Notes: generated from the letters alone by a model not told the origin. A DNA stretch of 64,000 bases from an uncultured Gammaproteobacteria bacterium (GCA_964395835.1 CAYNBJ010000006.1:28912-92911); one strand, 5' to 3'. Shown: positions 51,953-62,141, counted from the first letter of the stretch. Numbers and translations: made by a program.

Positions 51953-52432
51953 TTAATGTCTATCATTAAACGAATCCACCAAAACTTGCTCTAACGACTG
52001 ATGCACTACTGTTGAATCATCGGCCAAAACCTTAGATAAAACACCCTCAACTAAAGAAAGATAATGCATCTGCGCTTGTTTTAAGAACTCTGCTCTGACT
52101 CTATCTTGTTCTGCAAGAATTTGCTTCTGGCTCTCCAAGCGCAACGATTCAATTTCTCGTTTATGTTCGTTTTTTAAAATTTCCAACTCAGCCTCTGCTT
52201 GTTGCAGAATGTGATAGGATTTCGCTCGAGCATCGTTCATCATTTTATCTGCTTCTTTACGTGCCGTTGCCAACAATAAACGCCCCTCTTCGGCAGAAGC
52301 CAAGCCATCCCGAATTACGGACTGGCGTTCTTCTAAAACCCCGGAAAAAAGCGGCCATAATGAACGCTTCACAAAAACATAAAAAATAGAAAATATAACT
52401 AATTCAACCGCAAAGGTTGCGTTTATATCCAT
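51953..52432 (-). CDS. atpF: Fo ATP synthase subunit b
   Basis: N-terminal transmembrane segment (FAVELVIFSIFYVFV) followed by a long charged helix. Operon position supports the call. Confidence 0.9.
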   Translation of the reverse strand: MDINATFAVELVIFSIFYVFVKRSLWPLFSGVLEERQSVIRDGLASAEEGRLLLATARKEADKMMNDARAKSYHILQQAEAELEILKNEHKREIESLRLESQKQILAEQDRVRAEFLKQAQMHYLSLVEGVLSKVLADDSTVVHQSLEQVLVDSFNDRH

Positions 52433-52468
52433 AAAATCAAATCCTCGGCTTTATCATATCCTAATATA

Positions 52469-52774
52469 CTAGCCGATCGCTTTGACCAGTGTGCTTACAA
52501 ATGGATTAACCACAATCACATAAATCCCCAAAGAAAGACTCAAAATCACCGCAGCATCGACAAGAGCAGCAATCACAAGCAAACGACCAAACAATGTTCC
52601 TTCAGCCTCAGGTTGGCGAGCTGCACAATCTAAAAAACGCGATCCTAAATAAGCCAAACTCATTGCTCCGAAAACCGCAGGAATAGCAATCATAAGCGCA
52701 GCAGCATAAGAAACAGAAGCATTGAGCTGAGCAATCAGCTGTAATACGGAAACGCTTGTAGCAAGATCTGACAT
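52469..52774 (-). CDS. atpE: Fo ATP synthase subunit c (long, 101 aa)
   Basis: AARQPE loop motif and the ion-binding carboxylate in AALVDAAV, 20 residues after the Arg as in E. coli. Two-helix hairpin with N- and C-terminal extensions. Confidence 0.88.
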   Translation of the reverse strand: MSDLATSVSVLQLIAQLNASVSYAAALMIAIPAVFGAMSLAYLGSRFLDCAARQPEAEGTLFGRLLVIAALVDAAVILSLSLGIYVIVVNPFVSTLVKAIG

Positions 52775-52806
52775 AATAAACTCCTAGAGAAAGACAAATT
52801 AAACGA

Positions 52807-53583
52807 TTAATGATCAAGAGCCAGGCTAAACCCGATCACTGTTAACATCATAAAAACAAACGCCTGCAGATAAACAATTAAAACATGAAACAAAGCCCAA
52901 ATAAAAACACCGACCGATCTGACATAAAATGGGCTAACAGAAAGCAGAACAAAGACAAGCTCTCCAGCAAAAATATTCCCATATAAACGCATAGCCAGTG
53001 ATAAGATTCTTGCGAATTCCTCAATGATTCTCAGCATGATATTCGCTGGAAAGGCCGACAACCCCAAGGGATGAGCCACCCATCCATAGAGATAATGCAA
53101 AAAACCATGAGCCCTCACAGTAGAGACCTGGATCACAAAAAAGACAAGAACAGAGAAGGCTAAAGTCACATTTAAATCTGCAGTGGGTACAATTTTAAAA
53201 TTTTTACCTAGATGTGCCCAATGGGCAAAATGATGCCCGAGAGATGTGGGTAACAAATCCATGAGATTAAAGGTAAAAATAGAAAAAAATACAGTTAATC
53301 CTAGTGGACCAATCAAATGCACATAACGGGGAGAAGCGGCATGAGCAGCCTTATAAACAGCTTCTACTCCAATCTCGAGAATATTCTGTGCTCCAGCAGG
53401 TTGCAGTTTTAGCCTCTGGCCAACAGCATACATTATCAAAGAAAGTGCTGCTAACAGGAAAGAACTCACAAGCACCGTATCCAAATGAATAACAAGAGCA
53501 TGATCAAAAACATAGAAAGTATGCCGCAAGTTTTCTAAGTGTTGTCCTATTTGATCAGTCAAACTGACCTCAGTTCCTGTCAT
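52807..53583 (-). CDS. atpB: Fo ATP synthase subunit a
   Basis: 258-aa polytopic protein with the conserved Arg region ILSLAMRLYGNIFAGE (LRL.GN..AG). Confidence 0.93.
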   Translation of the reverse strand: MTGTEVSLTDQIGQHLENLRHTFYVFDHALVIHLDTVLVSSFLLAALSLIMYAVGQRLKLQPAGAQNILEIGVEAVYKAAHAASPRYVHLIGPLGLTVFFSIFTFNLMDLLPTSLGHHFAHWAHLGKNFKIVPTADLNVTLAFSVLVFFVIQVSTVRAHGFLHYLYGWVAHPLGLSAFPANIMLRIIEEFARILSLAMRLYGNIFAGELVFVLLSVSPFYVRSVGVFIWALFHVLIVYLQAFVFMMLTVIGFSLALDH

Positions 53584-53851
53584 ACACTGACCTCTGTGCT
53601 CGAAGATAATAAAATTGTAAAGCGATGTTTATCGTAACGAAGAGAAGTACAAAAATCAATAGAAAAAACAAAGATACACGCTCAGATAAAAAAATGCTGA
53701 CGCATGAAAAAAAAATCATTTTCAAAAAAAATTGCTTTACTAAAAAAGAGACTACTGCTCGCTTTTGAAGGTGGACACGAAAAGAAATTTGTCCATATAG
53801 ATAAAAAGCCATCAGGGCCAGCATGCAGACTAACATATTATTAGATATCAA
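53570..53851 (-). CDS. atpI: ATP synthase protein I-like small membrane protein
   Basis: About 90-aa hydrophobic ORF immediately upstream of atpB. The call rests on position only. The start is ambiguous (TTG 53851 or ATG 53836). Confidence 0.55.
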   Translation of the reverse strand: MISNNMLVCMLALMAFYLYGQISFRVHLQKRAVVSFLVKQFFLKMIFFSCVSIFLSERVSLFFLLIFVLLFVTINIALQFYYLRAQRSVYDRN

Positions 53852-53894
53852 ATAAAAACCATATCAGGATAGCAAATTTCTCAAATGATTCAAA

Positions 53895-54788
53895 TTAAAA
53901 ATCATCAAAAACATGAAACAAGCCAAGTTTTTCCAACAAACTGATGAGTACCTCATGATTTTCAAAGGAAAAAATCAATCGCCCTTTCTGATCGCCCTCA
54001 AAACGCAAATCAACAGGCGTAAGAACACGATCTTGAATTTTTGTCGCCAAGTGATTGGCATATAAATCATTTTCATGAGTATGATTGATTTTTTTCTGCG
54101 TATCTTTTCTTTTTTTCAGATGATCTTCTAGCTGTCGAACACTCCATTGTTTCTTGACAATACATTTCAAAAGCTCTTTTTGATCAGGTTTAGAGAGAGA
54201 GGCTAAAATTTTTGCATGCCCTTCAGAAATTTTGTCTGTATTCAAATACTCCAAACCGAGCGGATCTAGCTTTAAAAGACGCAAGGTATTGGCCACCTGA
54301 CTACGAGATAAACCGAGCTTATCAGCCAGCTCATTCTGCTTCCACCCGAAATGCGCGACTAACTCCGAAAACGCCTCAGCTTTTTCAACCGGTTTCAGAT
54401 CTTCTCTCTGAATATTCTCTACAATTGCAGCTAAGGCAGTTTGTGTATCATCCCACGGACGAATAATCACAGGCACTTCTTTCAAATTCGCGACTAAAGC
54501 AGCACGATATCGACGCTCTCCTGCAATAATATCAAACCCATTTTTTAAATTAGGCCTCACAATGAGCGGTTGTACAAAGCCATTTTCCAAAATCGATTGT
54601 GCGAGTTCCAAAATTTTATCTTCATCAAAAAATTTACGAGGCTGCAATACAGAAGGTTGAATTCTCTTGATTGCTATCAATCGCACAACTTCTTGGATAG
54701 AAGCCTGTGCTGGGGCTGCTTGCAAAACAACTCCCCCTGAGGGCTCTTGAAAGAGATCGTGTATTTTCTCACTCAAACCTTTTTTCAT
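53895..54788 (-). CDS. parB: Chromosome partitioning protein ParB
   Basis: ParB box IIAGERRYRAA and helix-turn-helix QNELADKLGLSRSQVANTLRLL. The ATG at 54788 has an AAGGGG Shine-Dalgarno. Confidence 0.92.
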   Translation of the reverse strand: MKKGLSEKIHDLFQEPSGGVVLQAAPAQASIQEVVRLIAIKRIQPSVLQPRKFFDEDKILELAQSILENGFVQPLIVRPNLKNGFDIIAGERRYRAALVANLKEVPVIIRPWDDTQTALAAIVENIQREDLKPVEKAEAFSELVAHFGWKQNELADKLGLSRSQVANTLRLLKLDPLGLEYLNTDKISEGHAKILASLSKPDQKELLKCIVKKQWSVRQLEDHLKKRKDTQKKINHTHENDLYANHLATKIQDRVLTPVDLRFEGDQKGRLIFSFENHEVLISLLEKLGLFHVFDDF

Positions 54789-54809
54789 TATAAACCCCTT
54801 GTATTTCAA

Positions 54810-55586
54810 TCAAAATACACTTTTTTCATCATAAATTTTTTTCTTTGTGTCTTTTTTGGAATGAATTTTTTTTAGTAATTCGCGTCCAAGATGCTGAAAA
54901 GACATTGCAGCTACGCAAAACGGATCGTACAACTCTACTGGCAATCCTTCAGATGGAGCCTCAGCAACCCTCACACTCCGAGGAATAATTGTTCTAGCAA
55001 GATATGAAGAAAAATGCTCTTGTAAATAAGCCCAAATCTCTCTTGCTAAAATACTGCGTTTATCAACCATATTAAACACAATAGACAAGATCTCCGGTGC
55101 CTGCTTTTGAGTCTCTTGAATATACTGAATTGTGTTCATTAAATCTTTCAAACCCTCTAGACCAAGAAAACCACACTCAATAGGTACAACAAGATAATCA
55201 CTGGCACAAAAAACAGCGAGAGTTAAAGGAGACATAGAGGGAGCACAATCAAAAATAACAAAATCGTAGTGTTCCCACTGAGTTCTATGCATCAAAATTA
55301 AAGCCGGATCGGAAAAAACAGAATAATACAATGAATTATCAGCAGGCAAAATATCTAAATGCGCATCCCATGCAGTGACAAATGCCCTCAAATTACCTGA
55401 TTCAATCCACTTTCCTAAATGGACATTTGAGTTTTTTTTCAAACCAAATGCAGTCGTTGTATTGCCCTGTGGATCGGCATCAATAAGCAAAACTCTTTTT
55501 TTTCTAGAAAGGACATAAGACAAGTTCACACTTAATGTCGTTTTCCCTACACCGCCCTTGTGATTAGCAATGGCTATCACTTTCAT
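54810..55586 (-). CDS. parA: Chromosome partitioning ATPase ParA (Soj)
   Basis: MKVIAIANHKGGVGKTT deviant Walker A and LLIDADPQGN. The ORF-track 41-codon extension overlaps rsmG and was rejected. Confidence 0.92.
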   Translation of the reverse strand: MKVIAIANHKGGVGKTTLSVNLSYVLSRKKRVLLIDADPQGNTTTAFGLKKNSNVHLGKWIESGNLRAFVTAWDAHLDILPADNSLYYSVFSDPALILMHRTQWEHYDFVIFDCAPSMSPLTLAVFCASDYLVVPIECGFLGLEGLKDLMNTIQYIQETQKQAPEILSIVFNMVDKRSILAREIWAYLQEHFSSYLARTIIPRSVRVAEAPSEGLPVELYDPFCVAAMSFQHLGRELLKKIHSKKDTKKKIYDEKSVF

Positions 55587-55618
55587 TTCTGACCACCGTT
55601 CGGCCACAGATCCTTTCT

Positions 55619-56254
55619 TTATTGTAGCGCAGAGATTTGCACAATGTGGCGAGAAATATCTAAAAAAGGATGATTTAAAACAACCAAATCCGCTTTCCAG
55701 AGACTGCAATTTAAATTCTTTAACTCTTCGTCAATAGAAGATCGTAAAGCCTTAAACAGCCAGAAAACTGTTTTTTTCGAACGAATCGCTGAGCATAAAT
55801 CAATCAGGTCCACACAGGATGTCATAGCACGAGAAATAACCAGATCAGCACGGCCCTTAAGATCTTCGCAGCGATTATTCAGAATATGCACATTATTCAG
55901 ACCCAATAGCTTTGTTGCTTCACTTAAAAAATGACATTTTTTAGGACTTTTTTCAACAAGAAAAAACTCCCTATCTGGACAAGTCATAGCCCACAAGAGC
56001 CCTGGCAAACCCGCACCTGTCCCAATATCATAAATCATACGATACGCAGGATCTAATGGCCTATCGAGCGGTAGAAGACTATCAATGATATGATGAGAAA
56101 CAATTCTATCTAAATCTTGTTTGCGTCCAATTAAGTTGCATTTTTCATTATGGATCTGTAAAAGATCAATATATTGATAGATTTTATTCGCACGAGGGGT
56201 CTCGATATTAAGCTGCCCTAAAAAGAGATCAAGAATCTCGTTCTTCATGTTCAT
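55619..56254 (-). CDS. rsmG: 16S rRNA (guanine527-N7)-methyltransferase RsmG (GidB)
   Basis: SAM-binding [12 protein letters not shown] and position after mnmG. Confidence 0.9.
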   Translation of the reverse strand: MNMKNEILDLFLGQLNIETPRANKIYQYIDLLQIHNEKCNLIGRKQDLDRIVSHHIIDSLLPLDRPLDPAYRMIYDIGTGAGLPGLLWAMTCPDREFFLVEKSPKKCHFLSEATKLLGLNNVHILNNRCEDLKGRADLVISRAMTSCVDLIDLCSAIRSKKTVFWLFKALRSSIDEELKNLNCSLWKADLVVLNHPFLDISRHIVQISALQ

Positions 56255-58151
56255 GTGTCCTTGAATAGTTTAAAATAGCTGCATAGAGAATCGAGAGCGC
56301 GGCAGGAGTCATACCAGAAATGCGCGAGGCATTCTCCAAATTGACAGGTTGAAATTTCGCAAGTTTTTCTTGAATTTCTTTTGATAATCCAGGAATCACT
56401 TGCTTATACAAGCCCAACGGAATATTTAAATGCCCCCATTTTTCAATGCGCTTAGTCTCTTCTTCTGTGCGCGCGCTCAATCCCTGATAGAGCGTATCGG
56501 CATAAAGTGTTTTAATGAGCTCACTGGATTTTGCAAGATCAAAAATTCCAGAATCAGAAACGATTTTTTCTGTTAAAGACAACATTTCAGGAGTTGGAAT
56601 TTGTGAACAGGTGAAAATATCGATTAGACTTTTATCCCGTCTGAGAGGAAGCGCATACTTTTCTGATAAAGTACTAAGCGCTGGTAAATCAACTGCCTTA
56701 AGCGATTGTAAATAAGCTTTTAAACGCTCTAAGTCACACAACTTGTCTTGCAAGATTTGATAACGCTCTGACCCAACCAGACCCCAATCATACCCCTGCA
56801 AAGTCAGCCTTCTATCAGCATTATCTTCACGAAGCGTCAGTCGACACTCACTACGCGAAGTAAACATGCGATATGGCTCAGTGGTTCCTAAAGTCGTGAG
56901 ATCATTAATCATCACTCCGATATAACTTAAACGTCTATCAAAAATATGACTTTTACCCGACAAAGAAAGTACTGCGTTTAATCCAGCAACCAAACCTTGC
57001 GCAGCGGCTTCTTCGTAGCCAGTTGTACCATTAATCTGTCCCGCACAGTAGAGGCCTTTGATTTTTTTACTTTCTAATGTGGGATAGAGTCCTGTTGGAT
57101 CGAGATAATCATATTCAACCGCATACGCATAGCGAGTAATTTTGGCTTTCTCAAAACCATGAATTGTGCGCACGAACGCTTCTTGCAAAACAGCGGGAAG
57201 AGAGGTAGAAATACCATTTGGATAGATCTCAATAGAATCTTTTCCTTCTGGCTCAATAAAAACTTGATGACATAGTCTGGTCTCAAAGCGCACAACTTTG
57301 TCCTCAAAAGAGGGGCAATAACGAGGGCCTTTTGCCGCAATCAAACCACCATACATAGCGGTTTGATCTAAGTTGGCCTTTATGAACGCATGCGTAAGCT
57401 CTGTTGTGTGTGTAATAAAACAGTCAATTTGTTTTGGATGCTGCTCGATCGATCCCAAAAATGAAAATGCCTTGCGATTGTGATCTCCTGGCTGGCTCTC
57501 AAAAAGATCGTAATTTAAAGAGCGCTTATCGATTCTCGGAGGCGTCCCTGTTTTTAAACGACCTATAGGCAGGCCTTTTTCAAGAAGCTTTTTCGCCAGA
57601 GGCAAAGAGGGCGCTTCACCACCTCGACCACCAGAAATAATCTCCGATCCACAATACAACCGTCCACCTAAAAATGTTCCAGTTGTTAAAATCACTCGAG
57701 GAGCGAGAATTTTTTTACCCCACTGTGTCAATACGCCCTGCACAGCGCCATCATTAGTCAATAGAAGATCAATGATTTCTTGCTGTAATAAAGTGAGTCC
57801 TTCAGTATTTTCAACTTCATATCTAATGAAAGCACGATACAGACTCCGATCAGATTGCATTCGTGTTGACTGTACAGCTGGGCCCTTAGATGAGTTCAGG
57901 GTTTTCATGTGAATACATGCATGATCGGCTGCTCTTGCCATAATACCATCAAGAGCATCGATTTCTCTTACAAGATGTCCTTTAGCAATTCCACCTATTG
58001 CTGGATTACATGACATGAGCCCTATAGTCTCTATATTTTGAGTGACAAGCAAAACCTGCGCATCGAGCCTAGCCGCAGCTAAAGCAGCCTCAACACCAGC
58101 ATGGCCGCCACCGATCACAATCACATCAAAATCAAATAATGGTGCACCCAT
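56229..58151 (-). CDS. mnmG: tRNA uridine 5-carboxymethylaminomethyl modification enzyme MnmG (GidA)
   Basis: FAD-binding [33 protein letters not shown], 640 aa. Confidence 0.96.
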   Translation of the reverse strand: MGAPLFDFDVIVIGGGHAGVEAALAAARLDAQVLLVTQNIETIGLMSCNPAIGGIAKGHLVREIDALDGIMARAADHACIHMKTLNSSKGPAVQSTRMQSDRSLYRAFIRYEVENTEGLTLLQQEIIDLLLTNDGAVQGVLTQWGKKILAPRVILTTGTFLGGRLYCGSEIISGGRGGEAPSLPLAKKLLEKGLPIGRLKTGTPPRIDKRSLNYDLFESQPGDHNRKAFSFLGSIEQHPKQIDCFITHTTELTHAFIKANLDQTAMYGGLIAAKGPRYCPSFEDKVVRFETRLCHQVFIEPEGKDSIEIYPNGISTSLPAVLQEAFVRTIHGFEKAKITRYAYAVEYDYLDPTGLYPTLESKKIKGLYCAGQINGTTGYEEAAAQGLVAGLNAVLSLSGKSHIFDRRLSYIGVMINDLTTLGTTEPYRMFTSRSECRLTLREDNADRRLTLQGYDWGLVGSERYQILQDKLCDLERLKAYLQSLKAVDLPALSTLSEKYALPLRRDKSLIDIFTCSQIPTPEMLSLTEKIVSDSGIFDLAKSSELIKTLYADTLYQGLSARTEEETKRIEKWGHLNIPLGLYKQVIPGLSKEIQEKLAKFQPVNLENASRISGMTPAALSILYAAILNYSRTHEHEERDS

Positions 58152-58154
58152 AAT

Positions 58155-59513
58155 CTATTTTCCTATACAAAACTGGGAAAAAATTTTTCCCAAAATATCA
58201 TCTTGCGTCACTTTATCATTGAGGGTATTTAAGCTCTCTTGCGCCAATCTCAAATACTCGGCTGCAATTTCAACCGCCATAATATGTTTGAGTGCATTTT
58301 GAGCATGTGATATACAATCCATCAATGCCTCTTTATGCCTTGCACATGCCAAAAATCCCGTTTCAGGCTCATTTTTCATAGAAAAGGCAGAGCATAAATC
58401 CTCAATCCAAACACCTAAACCCTCTTGGTTTTTTAATGAAAAAGCAAAGACGCCGTTAAAGCCATCTACACAGGGTCGCCGCCCTGTCTTTTTTTGAGAT
58501 AAATCAGTTTTATTTAAAAGCAAATATTTAATTGCATAAGGATTTAATGTGATTTCAGGCCACAAAAGGTCTAAAGGTTCACTATCATCTGCAAGATACA
58601 CAACAACCTGTGCTTTTTCCAGAGTTTCCTGAGTTTTTTCTATACCACGTTGCTCAACAGGACAAGCTGTCTCTCTCAGCCCTGCCGTATCGCAAAAAGT
58701 AAAATGAATCCCCCCCAAAACAGCGCGATGTTTCACCACGTCTCGTGTTGTACCAGCCTGATCATGCACAATTGCGACATCATCTCCCACTAAACTGTTT
58801 AGCAAAGAAGACTTACCCGCATTTGGGCGCCCCACCAGTGCCACAACAATTCCCTGAGAAAGCATCTTCTGTGAATCCAATACCTTCACACTGTGAGTGA
58901 TTGTTTCTATCCAACTTTCGAGCTGCGTGCGACAGAGCATTAATGAGTGATTTTGCACATCATCCTGATCGGAAAAATCAATAATACTTTCTAACTGAGA
59001 ACGAAAACCACTTAAAGTTTGTATAATTTGCCTAATTTTGAGCTGGGTACCACCAGCTAAGACATGCTTAGCCTGATAAAGAGCTGTCTCATGTTGTGCG
59101 GTGAGCAATTGGCCAATCGCCTCTATCTGATTTAAATTATACTTATTATTCCAAAAGCTGCGATAAAGAAACTCGCCCGCTAAGGCCACTTTCACACCTA
59201 AAGAAACCCAGTATTCTAAAATCTTTTTTCCTATCAGAGGGTTCCCATGAATATGAAATTCGACCACATCCTCGCCAGTTGCGGATTTCGGCCCAGGGAA
59301 ATAGACAACTAAGGCCTCATCAATGGCAGCACCTGCGATCCAAACGCTGCTCAAGGTCATATAACGAGGCCGGAAAAATTTTTTATGTGTTGTCTGTAGC
59401 GCGATGTGTAAAGCATCGGGTCCACTCATTCTCAGAATCAGCAAGGCGGATGGCTGATCCAGAGATGATGCAGAACTTGCTATAGTTGTATCAAGACGAT
59501 CGAGAAATTCCAT
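58155..59513 (-). CDS. mnmE: tRNA modification GTPase MnmE (TrmE)
   Basis: G1 GRPNAGKSSLLN, DTAG, NKTD and the C-terminal CIGK tetrapeptide. Confidence 0.95.
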   Translation of the reverse strand: MEFLDRLDTTIASSASSLDQPSALLILRMSGPDALHIALQTTHKKFFRPRYMTLSSVWIAGAAIDEALVVYFPGPKSATGEDVVEFHIHGNPLIGKKILEYWVSLGVKVALAGEFLYRSFWNNKYNLNQIEAIGQLLTAQHETALYQAKHVLAGGTQLKIRQIIQTLSGFRSQLESIIDFSDQDDVQNHSLMLCRTQLESWIETITHSVKVLDSQKMLSQGIVVALVGRPNAGKSSLLNSLVGDDVAIVHDQAGTTRDVVKHRAVLGGIHFTFCDTAGLRETACPVEQRGIEKTQETLEKAQVVVYLADDSEPLDLLWPEITLNPYAIKYLLLNKTDLSQKKTGRRPCVDGFNGVFAFSLKNQEGLGVWIEDLCSAFSMKNEPETGFLACARHKEALMDCISHAQNALKHIMAVEIAAEYLRLAQESLNTLNDKVTQDDILGKIFSQFCIGK

Positions 59514-61101
59514 GAGAAAAACGACTATACCCTTCTTGTATCAGGGAAAATGTATTATTGATAATCCAATATAACACAAGTCCTGATGGAAATGTGAGTG
59601 ATAATACAGCAAAAATATAAGGCATTGCACCAAGAACCAATGCCAGATCTGGATTAGGAATTTTTGCTGAAATTTTTTGCTGAGCAACACCAGTGAATAA
59701 CAGCAAAACCGCAAGAATATATGTCTGATCAGGCGCAGAGAGATCTGGGATCAAGGTAAAAAACGATGATTGTCTCAAAACAATCGATTCCATTAACAAG
59801 CTATAAAATCCAAATAAAACAGGGATTTGAATCAATGGATTCACGATTGTAGCAAAAAAGACTGAGAAATAATTAATCTTTTCTCGACGATGCAGTTCTA
59901 ATAGCGCTTTGTTATATGCCAAATCATCGGAAATTTCTTTGCGCAGTTTTTCTTGTTTAGGAGCCAAAGATTGAAGCTTTCTTAAAGTCCCTTGATGTGG
60001 CGCAGAGATTGCAAAAATAGCGATACGAATCGCTAAGGTTAAACAAATAATTGACAAACCCCAATCACCTATAAAATCTTTAAACACCGTGAGCGCAGAA
60101 AGTAGAAAATTACAAACAGGCCAAAAGAACCCAAAATCAATCACATAAGGCAGATGAGTCTCAACTTGCATCAACAAGTTTTTATCTTCAGGGCCGGAAT
60201 AAAGCTCGGCTTTTAAGGTATAGAGCGTATTGGGTTCTAATAGCAGCAAATCAGAGACTGAGCCTGCAACATAGGTTTCTTTATTCGAGCCTGTATTTTG
60301 ATAGTATCGAGAGTAATAACTAGACAAGAAATCGTTTTTTTGAGCTGTTGCAAAATAACGCTGTGACATCGAGAACCACCCCTGCGCAGAACGCTCTGCA
60401 AAGGGTTTGGTTTTCTTGTACCCAGAAAATGGGTATTTACTATATTTTGTACTGTCCGTGTGAAATGATGCGCCCTGAAACATGCGAAAGCCCTTTTCTG
60501 TTCCGGAGATGAGCGCCGCATCCGTATTTCTTAATTCTGAGTAATAAGCCGCTTTAAAGCTTTCTGACGAATTTGAGTGAATTACAATCTCTTTTGTGAG
60601 CAAATATGCATTTTCTGAGTGATATAGGATTTCCAATATCACGCCTTGTGCGTAATGTTTCTGAATTTTTAAAGTATACTCATCAATGAGTTGAAAGGTT
60701 GTTTCTACTGGATCAGGTTTTGTGTGAGCCCCTGTATCATCTACAAATAGTAGCTGCTCTGCGAGGTATTGATTTCCAATCTCACCTTGGAAAAGCGTAT
60801 TGATTTTTTCTGGACTATCTTTCGCTATTGGATAATTTTTCAATTCGCACTGGACAAGATTACCTGTTTTGATATCAAAGTGCAGAGTGCTTTCTTGACG
60901 ATCCCAAGTATATAAAGCGCTTTTTTCAATTTTTTGATCAATTGCAAAAGGAGCATCTATAGCATTCATGGGATCGGGGGAATATTGTGAAGAAAATGTT
61001 GTCAGACCCAAATAACCTAGTAGCATTTGCAAAAAAGAAATCACTACAAAAAAGAAAACAAATTGTTGTACAAATTCCCAGAAATTTCGTTTCGTACTCA
61101 T
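59491..61101 (-). CDS. yidC: Membrane protein insertase YidC
   Basis: An N-terminal transmembrane segment, a large periplasmic domain, then a C-terminal 5-TM core with LVLYWIINNTFSLIQ. Confidence 0.93.
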   Translation of the reverse strand: MSTKRNFWEFVQQFVFFFVVISFLQMLLGYLGLTTFSSQYSPDPMNAIDAPFAIDQKIEKSALYTWDRQESTLHFDIKTGNLVQCELKNYPIAKDSPEKINTLFQGEIGNQYLAEQLLFVDDTGAHTKPDPVETTFQLIDEYTLKIQKHYAQGVILEILYHSENAYLLTKEIVIHSNSSESFKAAYYSELRNTDAALISGTEKGFRMFQGASFHTDSTKYSKYPFSGYKKTKPFAERSAQGWFSMSQRYFATAQKNDFLSSYYSRYYQNTGSNKETYVAGSVSDLLLLEPNTLYTLKAELYSGPEDKNLLMQVETHLPYVIDFGFFWPVCNFLLSALTVFKDFIGDWGLSIICLTLAIRIAIFAISAPHQGTLRKLQSLAPKQEKLRKEISDDLAYNKALLELHRREKINYFSVFFATIVNPLIQIPVLFGFYSLLMESIVLRQSSFFTLIPDLSAPDQTYILAVLLLFTGVAQQKISAKIPNPDLALVLGAMPYIFAVLSLTFPSGLVLYWIINNTFSLIQEGYSRFSHGISRSS

Positions 61102-61117
61102 AAATAAATTCCTTTTC

Positions 61118-61399
61118 TTATTTTGGTAAGTTATTCAGCAACATCGTTTTTGCTAATGACAGATGTAAAGCAACATCGTTTTTGGACATTTTTTGTATCG
61201 TTTTAACGTAAATTCGCAGATGGTTGATCTGACAAAAATGACGGAAAACTCGTTTGATTCTATTTCTCAAAACAGCGCTTTTTACATGTTTTTTTTTAAT
61301 ACTCATTAACAAAGCGGGGGCTTTGTTAAATGTGTTTTTTTTCATTTCAACACTCCCTGTTGAGAGCATGTGCGGGAGTGTTTGTTGATTTGGTTTCAC
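61118..61399 (-). CDS. rnpA: Ribonuclease P protein component (short form)
   Basis: IKKKHVKSAVLRNRIKRVFRHF matches the RNR motif (KK..k.AV.RNRiKR..R). Position between rpmH and yidC. Only 93 aa or fewer. Confidence 0.8.
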   Translation of the reverse strand: MKPNQQTLPHMLSTGSVEMKKNTFNKAPALLMSIKKKHVKSAVLRNRIKRVFRHFCQINHLRIYVKTIQKMSKNDVALHLSLAKTMLLNNLPK

Positions 61400-61411
61400 A
61401 AAAAGTGTTGT

Positions 61412-61564
61412 TTATGAATGCTTATCACTGGCTGTTAGATTAACTCGGCCTTTTCTACGACGTGCGCTGAGGATCGCTCTTCCGTCTTTGGTTTTCATGC
61501 GTGCTCTGAAGCCTTGTTTTTTCAGTTTTCTTAGAATGGTAATTCTTGCTGTTGTAACGCTCAT
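61412..61564 (-). CDS. rpmH: 50S ribosomal protein L34
   Basis: This gene is not in the ORF track because it is under 60 aa. My translation is [50 protein letters not shown]. The core GFRARM.TK.GR..L..RR.KGR..LT matches L34. Confidence 0.88.
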   Translation of the reverse strand: MSVTTARITILRKLKKQGFRARMKTKDGRAILSARRRKGRVNLTASDKHS

Positions 61565-61779
61565 TTTCTCAATTCCTACGATAGTATTGCAATTTCAATA
61601 GTTTCGATTTTCGTAACAATTTTCATTGATAAACTTTGTGACAGCCAATCAGAACTATAATTTTTGTAAATTTTTCAGAAAGTATATCATAATTTTTTTC
61701 TAAAAACAGTCCCTAGAATGGGGAGTGTTTATGAGTTTTGTATTGTGCTAGGGTTTTTCTGTTCAAAATTTGATCATCT

Positions 61780-62040
61780 AATAACAATATATAATATTAA
61801 TATAATATATATTCTTTAGAACAGATCTGTTCTCTGTAGATATAACAAATTAAATTGAGATATTGATATCATATGAAAATATATTCTATGCGGTTTTTTT
61901 CTTTTTCGTTTTGATCTTTTCCCTTTTTATTCATCAAGTTATCCTGTGGATAAATCTGTGGATAACTTTTTTCTCCGAAAAACTTAAACAAGAAAAAAAA
62001 GTTATCCACAAGATATCCACAAACTTATCCACAGGGTGCT
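61780..62040. other. Putative chromosomal replication origin (oriC): AT-rich unwinding region plus DnaA-box cluster
   Basis: A very AT-rich stretch at 61780-61930 contains two GATC-initiated 13-mer-like elements: GATCTGTTCTCTG at 61824 and GATCTTTTCCCTT at 61913. Five DnaA boxes follow at 61945-62033. The region lies between rpmH and dnaA, and gene orientation switches here. Confidence 0.7.
61945..62033. promoter_or_regulatory. Cluster of five DnaA boxes
   Basis: TGTGGATAA at 61945-61953 and 61957-61965. TTATCCACA at 62002-62010 and 62025-62033. ATATCCACA (one mismatch) at 62013-62021. All were read directly from the sequence. Confidence 0.9.
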
Positions 62041-62141
62041 TTTAGTTTTGTTGAAAATGTACTATCCTGTGTTCTGTGATTTTGAGTCATTTTGTTGCTT
62101 GAAGGTGTATTCATGTTTTTCATGAAGTGTATGGTGCTTGT

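Noticed and set aside
52608-52817. 69-aa Cys-rich ORF overlapping atpE and the atpB stop
   Set aside because: It is an alternate frame of the well-supported c-subunit gene. The Cys richness comes from GC-rich Ala/Gly codons read out of frame.
61863-62045. 60-aa plus-strand ORF (MISYENIFYAVFFFF...) listed in the ORF track
   Set aside because: It is made almost entirely of the AT-rich origin sequence and the DnaA-box cluster (the boxes translate as ILWINLWIT and VIHKISTNLSTG). It has a TTG start and no Shine-Dalgarno. I interpret the region as oriC/dnaA regulatory DNA.
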